DNA of 64,000 nt from Styela clava (Eukaryota). Positions 41,600 to 53,145 of the stretch are shown piece after piece; within the stretch, counting starts at the first letter, position 1; each line of letters begins with the position of its first letter. The stretch covers positions 23,994,001-24,058,000 of the forward strand of contig NC_135256.1 in NCBI RefSeq assembly GCF_964204865.1. The letters run 5' to 3'. The notes below the pieces were generated by a model. The model was not told the origin of the DNA. It was given only the letters and a program-made list of their open reading frames with translations, and ran no database searches. The translations under genes and the position numbers were made by a program.

Positions 41600-42797
41600 A
41601 TTTAAAAGATAAAACAAGAATCGTCACAATATATACACGTCAAGGCGCATTGAAAAAAAAAAATAGACTCTATCAACATTAAATTCCGACACTCAAGAAA
41701 GAGTTTTACATTTCATATATACACATTTAATCGATGCTACACGTGAGCTTGTTTTTCTGAATATGAACGAATATAACGCCACTCAATAGGCGTAAATCAC
41801 CCTCAAAATTAATTTTCATCTATTTATTAGGAAATGGATTGATGTTTCGCGACGCATAATTAGTTTGGGAGCTATGTAATTAGTTTGGAAGCCATATAAG
41901 CATATGCATATTTAAATACGAGCACATAAGAAACAATTTCCCAGGAAATAGATTAATATTTTGCGACAGATATGATATTATTTTAGGAACCGCTCGCATA
42001 TACCAATTTTATATTTATATCATGTCTCGAAGCTGTTGTCTTAATTCAATTTTGTGCTTGGTATATTTGTGCCATAATTCATATTAGAATACTATGACAG
42101 CGTTGTGCGGGACATCGAAAATACAAATAACATTCGTTCTTTCCTGGCAAACACCCATTGGCTATTTTATTTATGAAACACTAAACAACGACCAACGGGA
42201 TATGATATAGTTACCGCCGTATATATACCGTACCATAGTTCGCAACAACGATGTATATCTCATTTCCCCATAGTTGTATTTTTGTGTAACCGCGGGATTA
42301 CAGTCAAAAGGCGAAAGATGAAAATGGAGAAGAATCACAAAATTAGCAACGTACCCGCTGTTGTCGAAGCGATCGGCGGTAGTAGGTCAGTTTGTTGATT
42401 CCAAAGGTTTCGTAAAAATAAATATCTGACAAGGGCATGTGATTATTTTTCTGCCAATAGTTTCCAGTGCACCAATGATAATGTCAAGTATGTGGTCAGA
42501 TTTGTCAAAATGTACCGTAGTTTTCATTTATTTTTACAAACATAATTCGGAAGATAATTGGTCTGACTATCATTTTTCCTTATTTCAACTTAATTTCTTG
42601 AGGCGTTGTTGACAGTGATTCGATCTCATGGGGTCGTGCTTTGTAATCATAAACAACAATTTAGGTTCAATCCCTTCAAATTTACCACACTGATAGTCTT
42701 TTTTAATTTGCGAGTTTTTATTATCTAGTTCACAACATATAATTTGAAAATACATTATTGTTAGAAGTAGTTTATCTAGTATTAAGTCACAGCATGA

Positions 42798-43949
42798 TTA
42801 GTTGATGATGCTGGTTAAGTTGCTTGCTATATCGAGGTCCAAGTTGCCAAGCATAGATGTGGAGTTTCCTAATTCAGATAATTCATCCAGTGAATTGCTG
42901 ACTTCCCCAATTGTAGTCAATACATTTCCATATGCGTTCAAAACGCCAGCCAAGAAGTAGAAGAACACAAAGAGGTAGATCCCCACTGCGATCCAAGCCA
43001 AGATTCCCAGAATAAATCCCACAATGTTTAGCGTCTTTGCAGTGTCCGCTTTGCTGCGAGCCTCCATGACGTTGTACGATTTGGCAGAATTTGCCTACAT
43101 AGGAAAATTAGTTTGAGAATAAAAATATTCGACGATAGTCGCTGGTTATTCGAGCACGGGCAAGTGGATTGGCGAATGTAAATTCAAATAGAATTTGTTG
43201 TTCGCGGGGTAGCCCACATGGTCTACATAGGTTTCAAGTCTTAGTTTTCCATCCTGGTCTTAATTATAGGTAAATTAAACCGTAGATAGTCCTGGGTGGT
43301 GAAAGTTGTTGCAAAAAATTGAAAAAATTATGACTCCTCAAGTGATCGCACCACCTATTGAAGATTTGAAGTCAAAAAAAAAACTTTCATTTTTTTTGAA
43401 AATGGTCTCTTACCTGACAGGCAAAGATAAGAGCAACTAAGCCAAGTGGAGGACAACAAAGTAGCATGTTGATAACTGAAGCACAGACACGGTTTGGTAC
43501 ATCTGGCGGTGGCTAGAAAATAAAATTTTCAAGTTAGTAACATTATATATAGGAACCACGGTACAACCAAAACAGAAGGTTTATTTTCATCTGCACTTAT
43601 ATATGTTGAAACTTGATTTCTCTGATCTACTCAGTTTGATTTTTGGAAAACGGATATCACGGTTTGTCATTGGGAGGGACATTTGATATTTATATGAAGC
43701 GTATAGGCGCAACTATGCGCATAAGTAAACGCATTTTACGTAGTTTCATAACATTATCCAGTTTGTTAGGGCTTCTGTATGAGCGCGCGCAATCTATCAG
43801 CAACGACCAATTTTGTGATTTACAAGAAAACTTGTGAACTCTGAATGAAACAAATATATTTTATGATTCTAATTGATACGAACCGCTTGCACCGTCATTG
43901 TAGCGGGCTGCTGCGGTTGCGCCATCATTGGTTGAACTTGATTACTCAT
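42798..43949 (-). CDS. CD225/dispanin family membrane protein (IFITM/PRRT1-like), copy 1, 153 aa; exons 43949-43884, 43512-43414, 43094-42798
   Basis: Phase-0 GT-AG introns give MSNQVQPMMAQPQQPATMTVQA-PPPDVPNRVCASVINMLLCCPPLGLVALIFACQ-ANSAKSYNVMEARSKADTAKTLNIVGFILGILAWIAVGIYLFVFF..., the CD225 signature (CC..LG..A...A....AK..N plus TM helix). Confidence 0.88.
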
Positions 43950-44307
43950 GATTACTTGCTTTACACCTTCCTCGTATTGGAAAACTTACTCAAAAATTTG
44001 CAGTCCCCGAAGCGAGTATTGAAACGAATAAACTGTTTTTTATGTACGAATTTTGCAATTTCACTTTTGTATTATTTCGTCATAGAAGGAGGGTAATGCG
44101 CATTATAGCGACTTATATATTTTCATGTTGAAACACGACGGAGCATGGCCGTAATTCGAATCTGACTTTAATAAAAGTTGATGTGTTTCCAATCCTCCAG
44201 CACTGGATGATCCTGAACGTGGTCGGACAAAATAGCAAACAGGTTTCAGTCTGTGAGAGAGCGAGCAGTAGTCAAGTAAAAAGACGTAGGTCGAGGGCGG
44301 TCATTAA

Positions 44308-44465
44308 CATAGTCATAGTCATAGTCAAGTTTATTTTTTCCAACCAGTAAAATAATGAATGATGCAAAACATAAGCAAAAATTCAAGAACATAATTTTAC
44401 TGGGGAAGGGAAGCCGTGGGGAATCAAAGTTGGTTATCTAGCAGCGGCACTCAAGATTCAACTAT
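44308..44465 (-). repeat. LINE/SINE-like 3' end with (ATAGTC)n tail and stem-loop, duplicated at 46779-46936
   Basis: (CATAGT)3 then AAGTTTATT, which reads AATAAAC on the minus strand. Inverted repeat CCAGTAAAAT / ATTTTACTGG. Confidence 0.55.
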
Positions 44466-45268
44466 CTAATTAATATATAATTTTAGTAGATCAATATAGC
44501 ATAGTATAGTTTAACGAGAAATCGCCATGACACTAGGGTGTATCTGAGAGCCACGCACTACATCAGATAGTAATTTGGGGTATTCCCCGTTTCGTAGATT
44601 AAAGGCAGTGAATAAAAGCGTGTTATGGGGAAATATTCGGGAATTTGTAGTGGCTCAGTTATCACAACCAACTTATGATAATCATCAGTTGTAGTGGACT
44701 GGACAACGGGAGACAATGAAGAAAGAACAGGTATAAATGACATAAATCTATTGAAGCAGATGTTTGCCATGCCGCACAGTACCGGTACCGGTACTCGAAT
44801 ATGAAATACGGTACCGGTAACGTGATGAATAATATTCTATCGTCTGTACAGACACACTGCACTGCATAACAAAAAGAAACAATGTGACTAGGTGTTGGAG
44901 TGTCATTTCAAGTGTGCAATAAAAAAAGTTACTTTTAACATGACAAATGCTGAGATTTGCAATATATCTGTATATATATAATACAAAGTTCATAGCTGCT
45001 GAACTACAACAATGACTAGAGAACCCATATCTAGTTCAAGTTAAGGGGAGTGGAAATCAAATTAAACGAGTTAATTAGGTAAAATCTGATTCGATCTCAT
45101 GGGGTCGTGCTTTGTAATCATAAACAACAATTTAGGTTCAATCCCTTCAAATTTACCACACTGATAGTCTTTTTTAATTTGCGAGTTTTTATTATCTAGT
45201 TCACAACATATAATTTGAAAATACATTATTGTTAGAAGTAGTTTATCTAGTATTAAGTCACAGCATGA

Positions 45269-46420
45269 TTAGTTGATGATGCTGGTTAAGTTGCTTGCTA
45301 TATCGAGGTCCAAGTTGCCAAGCATAGATGTGGAGTTTCCTAATTCAGATAATTCATCCAGTGAATTGCTGACTTCCCCAATTGTAGTCAATACATTTCC
45401 ATATGCGTTCAAAACGCCAGCCAAGAAGTAGAAGAACACAAAGAGGTAGATCCCCACTGCGATCCAAGCCAAGATTCCCAGAATAAATCCCACAATGTTT
45501 AGCGTCTTTGCAGTGTCCGCTTTGCTGCGAGCCTCCATGACGTTGTACGATTTGGCAGAATTTGCCTACATAGGAAAATTAGTTTGAGAATAAAAATATT
45601 CGACGATAGTCGCTGGTTATTCGAGCACGGGCAAGTGGATTGGCGAATGTAAATTCAAATAGAATTTGTTGTTCGCGGGGTAGCCCACATGGTCTACATA
45701 GGTTTCAAGTCTTAGTTTTCCATCCTGGTCTTAATTATAGGTAAATTAAACCGTAGATAGTCCTGGGTGGTGAAAGTTGTTGCAAAAAATTGAAAAAATT
45801 ATGACTCCTCAAGTGATCGCACCACCTATTGAAGATTTGAAGTCAAAAAAAAAACTTTCATTTTTTTTGAAAATGGTCTCTTACCTGACAGGCAAAGATA
45901 AGAGCAACTAAGCCAAGTGGAGGACAACAAAGTAGCATGTTGATAACTGAAGCACAGACACGGTTTGGTACATCTGGCGGTGGCTAGAAAATAAAATTTT
46001 CAAGTTAGTAACATTATATATAGGAACCACGGTACAACCAAAACAGAAGGTTTATTTTCATCTGCACTTATATATGTTGAAACTTGATTTCTCTGATCTA
46101 CTCAGTTTGATTTTTGGAAAACGGATATCACGGTTTGTCATTGGGAGGGACATTTGATATTTATATGAAGCGTATAGGCGCAACTATGCGCATAAGTAAA
46201 CGCATTTTACGTAGTTTCATAACATTATCCAGTTTGTTAGGGCTTCTGTATGAGCGCGCGCAATCTATCAGCAACGACCAATTTTGTGATTTACAAGAAA
46301 ACTTGTGAACTCTGAATGAAACAAATATATTTTATGATTCTAATTGATACGAACCGCTTGCACCGTCATTGTAGCGGGCTGCTGCGGTTGCGCCATCATT
46401 GGTTGAACTTGATTACTCAT
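45269..46420 (-). CDS. CD225/dispanin family membrane protein, copy 2, identical to copy 1; exons 46420-46355, 45983-45885, 45565-45269
   Basis: Same sequence and splice sites as copy 1, shifted by 2471 bp. Confidence 0.85.
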
Positions 46421-47233
46421 GATTACTTGCTTTACACCTTCCTCGTATTGGAAAACTTACTCAAAAATTTGCAGTCCCCGAAGCGAGTATTGAAACGAAT
46501 AAACTGTTTTTTATGTACGAATTTTGCAATTTCACTTTTGTATTATTTCGTCATAGAAGGAGGGTAATGCGCATTATAGCGACTTATATATTTTCATGTT
46601 GAAACACGACGGAGCATGGCCGTAATTCGAATCTGACTTTAATAAAAGTTGATGTGTTTCCAATCCTCCAGCACTGGATGATCCTGAACGTGGTCGGACA
46701 AAATAGCAAACAGGTTTCAGTCTGTGAGAGAGCGAGCAGTAGTCAAGTAAAAAGACGTAGGTCGAGGGCGGTCATTAACATAGTCATAGTCATAGTCAAG
46801 TTTATTTTTTCCAACCAGTAAAATAATGAATGATGCAAAACATAAGCAAAAATTCAAGAACATAATTTTACTGGGGAAGGGAAGCCGTGGGGAATCAAAG
46901 TTGGTTATCTAGCAGCGGCACTCAAGATTCAACTATGGAAATCAAATGTGGAGTGGAAATCAAATTAAACGAGTTAATTAGGTAAAATCTGGCATGAGAT
47001 TGGCATGTTGTAAAAAAAAAAATAAACACAAATAGTGTTAAAAATTCGTTAGAAAATGAACAATCAGAAGTACATTCTAATATTATGGACCGAGTCATTT
47101 GCTCATATACTGTTGAATTGATTTCAGGGTTTGGAAAGACCTCAAGGAATATAAATTAACTATTGACCAGTGTGCATCAGAAAGTTCTATTTCTTATTGT
47201 GATCGGGCTCATGAATACAGAGTGACTCATAGG

Positions 47234-47694
47234 CAGGGCTGCCTGCCGTAACGTCCTTATTTTTTCTAAGATTTGTCCTTATTTTGACATGTGTCCGTAT
47301 TTTTTTCCTTATTTTATGGGTAGAGGGTCCAATACCAGGCACTTAGATCGGTCAATTCGAATGATTGATTTGCTAGAAATGATATTTTACAACGTCATTG
47401 ATAGCTATGCACATTCATTACGTAATAACAGCAAATTATTTGATACAATGGCAAAACATTAGCCTACCGGCCAAAATCAGTTGGTGTAACTGGAATCAAA
47501 ATACAACTTAAAGGTAAGATGGAACAGATTGTTTCTAAGAATGAAAAACTGCTGGAGCAAATCCTTTCTAGTGCAAAGTATGATTAGACACAGGTCGCAC
47601 TGGCATGAATACATTTTGTTTATTACAATTTGTTGTTCTATTATTATGTTTCCCTGGTGTCCTTATTTTTGGGTTCATATCGATGGCAGCCCTG
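47234..47694. mobile_element. hAT (Tip100-like) MITE, 461 bp
   Basis: TIRs CAGGGCTGCC / GGCAGCCCTG, TSD CTCATAGG / CTTATAGG (7/8), GTCCTTATTTT subterminal repeats. Confidence 0.85.
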
Positions 47695-48025
47695 CTTATA
47701 GGTATTCATCGCAAAGTTGGTGAAGAGCGAGAAGATGTTAACATAACTATACTGAACATAGTTTTTATAATTAAAGATTTCGCTTAAATCTCATCTAGAC
47801 TGAGCATGTATGCGTGAAATTGTAGATGCACAAAAATACTGTCACAGACAAATTGGCTGTCGGATATTGTTCGATTGGACCGTTGGTCTACTCTGATACG
47901 AACGTGCTTTTCGAGATGCCAATATGATAGCTTCTGAAAGAATAGTATTTTGTTTATATATATTTACATGATGTCCCAAATGTTTTCTCCGCGCCTCCTA
48001 CTACCAACGATTGGTGATATCACTA

Positions 48026-48325
48026 TTATTACTTATCGATCTTAAGATCGGTAAGTATGTTGATAGGTATTTGTCTGTTTGTTTGTTTGTCTGTCTGTTA
48101 GATGCACGCGATATCTCACGAAAGCTCCAAATTTTGCATGTGCATTCATCATAGCTCGGATCAGAAGCCTATTGATTTTCGATGAATTATGTCGTATAAT
48201 TAGCGAGTTATTGATTAATTAGTGATGGGACACACGGTGTCACTATGGAGTAAAAGCGCTGTTTTGGGGGATCCCCTAACCTCCGATCGACAAGTCTTCG
48301 GTCTCCGACCGCTATTCTCGTTTTT
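48026..48325 (+). mobile_element. Helentron-associated (HINE/DINE-1-like) non-autonomous element
   Basis: 5' hairpin ACTTATCGATC...GATCGGTAAGT, (GTCT/GTTT)n microsatellite, 3' subTIR GATCGACAAGT, stem-loop CGGTC-TCC-GACCG, T-rich end and no TSD. Confidence 0.75.
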
Positions 48326-48686
48326 ATGTTACTAACAGAAGTGGATAGGGAGATTCGAAACCTATCGTTTAACCCAATTGTCTATCGAATTTACTGCTTT
48401 GACATTGTATGCCGAAGCGCCTGTACTTGCTAATACGGGAGAAATTAACGTCACCATGATTACCGCACGTCTCTCCGAACTGAATTCTTCCCAAACGTTT
48501 GACCAGTCACAGACTAGCTAGGGTGGAGTGAGGATGAAGAAATATCCCGCACTTGAAAGTAAGCTCTTATGATTTGGAAGCTCTATCGACATAAAAATCT
48601 ATTGAACAGTTTTTGAATAATTCAGGAGAGGGGCAAATTCGACAACAGGATTACTGTGGGTATAGCAAGTGATCGATTATCACAGG

Positions 48687-49738
48687 CAGGGTTGCCAGAT
48701 CCCAGCAATCAAAAAAAAAAAAACAGATCAAGACATAAAAAAGCCAACAATTTTACTAAATACAAAAGCCCCATGATTTGTCAGATTTTGAGCCCTTGGC
48801 ACAATACTGATGCTGATGTAGAGCCATCAGTTCATTTAGTGAGCCACACGAATGTCTCTTCCCATTGAAAGTTGTTTTTTCAATTGCTATCATGGCGATT
48901 TCCACTTCAGCGGGATGAAGGGTTTAAAAGTAAAAAGGATTAATTGAATGGCAGCACCAGAATCTACATTTGGTACAATACAGACAAGGTGACATCTATA
49001 TGGAACAGATAAAAAAAAATTTCAAGCGAACAGCATTATTTTACCATTCAATATATATATACAATACAGTCAGTGTGCCACTTCAGTATGTGATATACCT
49101 ACATGATTTTACTTAAATTTGTGATTTACCTTGAAACATTCTCCCTATATCGTACTTTACTATTAAAAAAAAATTTTATTTTTAAAATTTCGAAACCATC
49201 AATTTTATTAAAGAATTATCTAACCACGTGTTGCTTACAGGTGGACTACTGATAGCTAATTCAGTAATTTTAGCGTAGTTAATCATATCATTCGTGAGAC
49301 TAAATTTTGATTACTGCAATTAATCTAAAGCTCCACATCAGGCATAATAAAAATTAAGGTATACAACAATTTTTTGGAAACCGAACTAAAAACTGACAAA
49401 TAACACGCAAAACAATAAAAAGGAGGCAATGTTTACAACCCTGCTTGAACATCTGTCTCAGCGGCTGCAGAAACTGCAATTATTTCTTATTGGGTATGGT
49501 TAAGCGTTAAGGTAATAAACAAGGAAATCGATGCTCGGATAAATCCATATGTTAAGTAGCTAACCGGTGACATGCTATTGTTACACACTAAATATTGTAT
49601 TTCATAGGATTTTAATAATAGAGACTAGAATAGACTTAAAAAAGCCAAAAATCCAAACGGAAATTCTGACGCCAAACGTGTTTGAAAAAAGCCAAAAATC
49701 GCAAATTTGGCGTTAAATAATTCAATATGGCAACCCTG
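48687..49738. mobile_element. Non-autonomous hAT (Tip100-like) element, 1052 bp
   Basis: TIRs CAGGGTTGCCA / TGGCAACCCTG, perfect TSD ATCACAGG, AAAAGCCA subterminal repeats. Confidence 0.92.
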
Positions 49739-51150
49739 ATCACAGGTTCAAAAGTTATTCTCAGCCATTTTCTATCGCCAAGACTGTTATCATTGAAGGG
49801 GCAGCTAATTTTATTTCCAAAGTAGTCGAGTGTTGATAAGGCAACCTGAACTAATGTTGACTGATAATTTCATACTTTCCTGCGTCCTCCTGAAATAAAG
49901 TCGGGTTGACGTTCTTTTTTATATGCGTGCAGCAGTATACTCCCCAGCCTAAATTTTAGGGGTGTTTTCAAATTCAGGGGGTGGCAAATATTTTGCTATT
50001 AGCTATAAAACTATTCGTAAAATGTGTTACGTATTTGACTGAGCATCTGCAATGATATGATATATGCGCCACTTTCTGGATATTAAAATACAACCATATT
50101 CAAGTTAGGAAATTAAAGTGTTGGTCACGCAAAGTTTTAAGGGGAGTGCTCACTCCCTAGTAGGGGTAGGGAAATGACTGAACTATGCAGCACTTTAATT
50201 TGCAAGTTTGTAAAGTGAAATGTGGTAATTGCATACTGCTAAAAAGTAGCCAGTAAAAACTAGTTTGATTATTACATTTCGCGTGAAATTTGAAAAGTGA
50301 TTAAAAAAAAGGATTCGTAAACCAACTACGGTTGGCTAGCTTACGGTTGCCTCTTTCCGACTGATTGTCTCAATCCAATCTGTATCTGAATTTAGCACAG
50401 CGCCGAACCGATTAGCTGCGATATGAGCAATGCAAATATCGGATCACAATCAAACCTGATCAAAGTCTTAGAATAAACGTAGAGGTCGAATGCGAGGTGC
50501 TGTTCGTTGAAGCCCTACTTCGACGATGCTCTAAAATTATACAACCAAAAGTTGTGTATAGAGTAGGTGGTATTTGATTGATGCCCTGTAATCAATACCA
50601 ATAACAGGAAAAAATCGGAAAATGTTTGATGAAAGTAAAAACTCCTTCTTGGAATCCCGATTTTTTAATAAAATTATTAACTGGATCCGTATTGAAAACA
50701 TAGAATCAATCAATATTTTTATAGGTATAGCTATGGGTTCGTTTTCAACTGTCGGATAATTTATTTGACGTGAGCTAGTTTTGTCGCTTTTGTTTGGCGA
50801 CCAGTAAGTCGTCTCTGGAACAAACACAGGTTATACAAAAAAACTATCAAACTGAATTAATCTTGCCCGATATGTAATCACACTTTCTCATTAAAATTCA
50901 AAATGGTTGTTTGATTATTTTAATCCAATATTTTCATCATACATTCTGCCGTTCCCTTGCTCCTGCTACAGTACCCGTATTTTATCTTGCCGTTGGTCAC
51001 CAGAAACAGCCATCATTTCGACATAATTGATATCACGTGTGACGTCACAATAAATCATGGTCATTCCATTTATGAACTGATTGAATTGCACTGAAAGACT
51101 CATATCTCCGTATGAATTTGCTTAGATCACCAATTTAAGCATATACTAAC

Positions 51151-51216
51151 CATTTGCATCACCGCAGGTTGCTGTGGTTGCACCATTGTTGGTTGAACAT
51201 AACCGACTTGATTCAT
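51151..51216 (-). CDS. Paralogous first coding exon of a CD225 gene (alternative first exon or relic)
   Basis: MNQVGYVQPTMVQPQQPAVMQM followed by a GTTAGT donor. It is 66 bp and phase 0, like exon 1 of the duplicated genes (MSNQVQPMMAQPQQPATMTVQA). No exons 2-3 of its own were found. Confidence 0.6.
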
Positions 51217-52429
51217 GATGTTCTGATTTTTTGTCTTCTCCGATAAGAAATTTGTGTGAACGACCGATGTCTTCGAAAGAATCACTCAAAATGAATTTCC
51301 ATTCAATGCTTTGTGTTTATTTTATCACCGAGGTTCTTATAGATATTGTGACGCCACAATATCCCAAAATTTTGTGTAAACAAAAATGAAATTTTTAATC
51401 GCAAACTGTATAGTCATGCCAATTTTTTCATAAATCTGCCCATTTGGGTAAAAACTCCCAATTAAATTTTGACTATAAATCTCCAATTTGAAATTAACAT
51501 CATCCGAATTGACTTCAACGGTTGTGCATGGACAGATCTTGAATATAACGTTGTTACTTTACACATGATTTCTTGAAGATTAATACTTTGTCAATTTAAT
51601 AAATTTTTACTTTTTTCGACAATATTTAAATTGCTACATTATTTTTCTTTTTGAATGAAATCAGTCCGCCTTTGCAGTTTAAAACAGAGCATACACTATA
51701 TGACAGGGCTGAGGAATATAGAGATGTTTTAACGAAACGAGATTACGCGAAGCAACTGATACTAGTATACGGATCTGGAATTGAAAGCATACGTCTTTAA
51801 ATTTTACTAATTTATAACTGCCCAGTTCAACTGCCACGATTGTTTCTGTTTATTTTTTATGTTGCCACTCTTTACTTTATTGCCAGATTATTGATGAAAA
51901 AAATAAACTACTACGTGTATATGTATAAATGATAAGATAAAAAATCACGCTACGACTACAATCTTAAAAGTCCGTAAGAATAGTCACATAGAATGTTGAA
52001 TATTGTTAACATCTACGTATGAAATCAGCCAATCGGCAAATTTTCGTTCTTGTTATTGCAAGTTTTGAACAAAAATAAAATAGGTATTTTGGCCATACCA
52101 AGTTTATATGATTGTTGGTAAAAAGTTATAGTCATTTTAAATTTCCGAAATGGGAACAATAAATTAAATTTTGTTAATTTTTAACGAAAGGAAGCATTTA
52201 GGAATAGAGTAACAAGCTAGGCTCAAAATTTGCTAATCGGGATCTGGTAAATGAATAACATGCTCCTTCACAGTCAAGCTGCGTAACAAGTAAATAGTAT
52301 TCAAGCGGGACATTCAAGCGCCGAGGACGAAAATTATAAATCAATTGACCAAAATTGAAAAAATAATAGCTTTTCATTGTTAGAATCCCAAAAGTACTGC
52401 AAAATTTCGATCAGAAGTAAATATAGAAT

Positions 52430-53145
52430 CTATTTGGTCCCATTTGATTTTGGATAGTCTTCGTAGATTCGAAAAACATCTGCATGGTTGGCAAACATAG
52501 AAGCAAAATGAGCAACCACCTTTTGAAGAAATGCAAATCGAGCAGCAATGACAATACAGATAATTATCCATATTAAAAATCCAACAACTACTCCAAATTC
52601 ATTGAGCGTCTTGGCCAGCTCCACTTTGGCTTTAGCTGCATCATAATTAGATTTCTTGGTATCCTCTCGGGCCTAAAAATGAAGTCTCAAACAAATTAAA
52701 ACTCTAGAAACATAAAACTTAGTGAAATACTTAATACATGACAGTAACGAGAAGAAACACTACATTAAACTTAAGCTGTATACCATGATGCGTCAAGAGT
52801 TCAGTTTATTACTAAGATTTTATAGCTTATTATGAAGCTTTGAAATTCCAATTCTAGAATTGAAGTACTTGTACCTTCCACTGGTTGTAAATTGCCCAAA
52901 GTCCGAGAGGTGGACAACAGAAGATCGTAACAAAGATGGAATATTGTAGACTGTCTTCTTCCGGTATTCGTTCTTTCTGTCATGAAAGAAAATATAGATA
53001 TGATTTGACATTCATTAAGAAAAACATTCATTCACCACCCTGGTAAAGTAAGTACTCAAACACCGACACCGATAAAATAGGATTCAACTTCATTTGATTC
53101 AGATTGTTTTTCCAACTTTGAGCTCATTTCGGAGCTTCTTATCAT
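52430..53145 (-). CDS. Divergent CD225/dispanin paralog; exons ~53145-53062 (donor uncertain), 52976-52875, 52672-52430
   Basis: Exon 2 KERIPEEDSLQYSIFVTIFCCPPLGLWAIYNQWK and exon 3 AREDTKKSNYDAAKAKVELAKTLNEFGVVVGFLIWIIICIVIA... Intron position and phase are the same as in the other two copies. Confidence 0.8.

Larger units (their letters stand above)
42616..46991. repeat. Tandem segmental duplication: copy 1 42616-45088, copy 2 45087-46991
   Basis: 42616-44465 equals 45087-46936 at offset 2471, with identical ORFs in the track. 45047-45088 equals 46950-46991. TG microhomology at the junction. Confidence 0.97.

Noticed and set aside
49934-50180. MITE-like segment (CAGT...ACTG ends with G/C-rich subterminals)
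   Set aside because: The TIR match is weak and there is no clean TSD.
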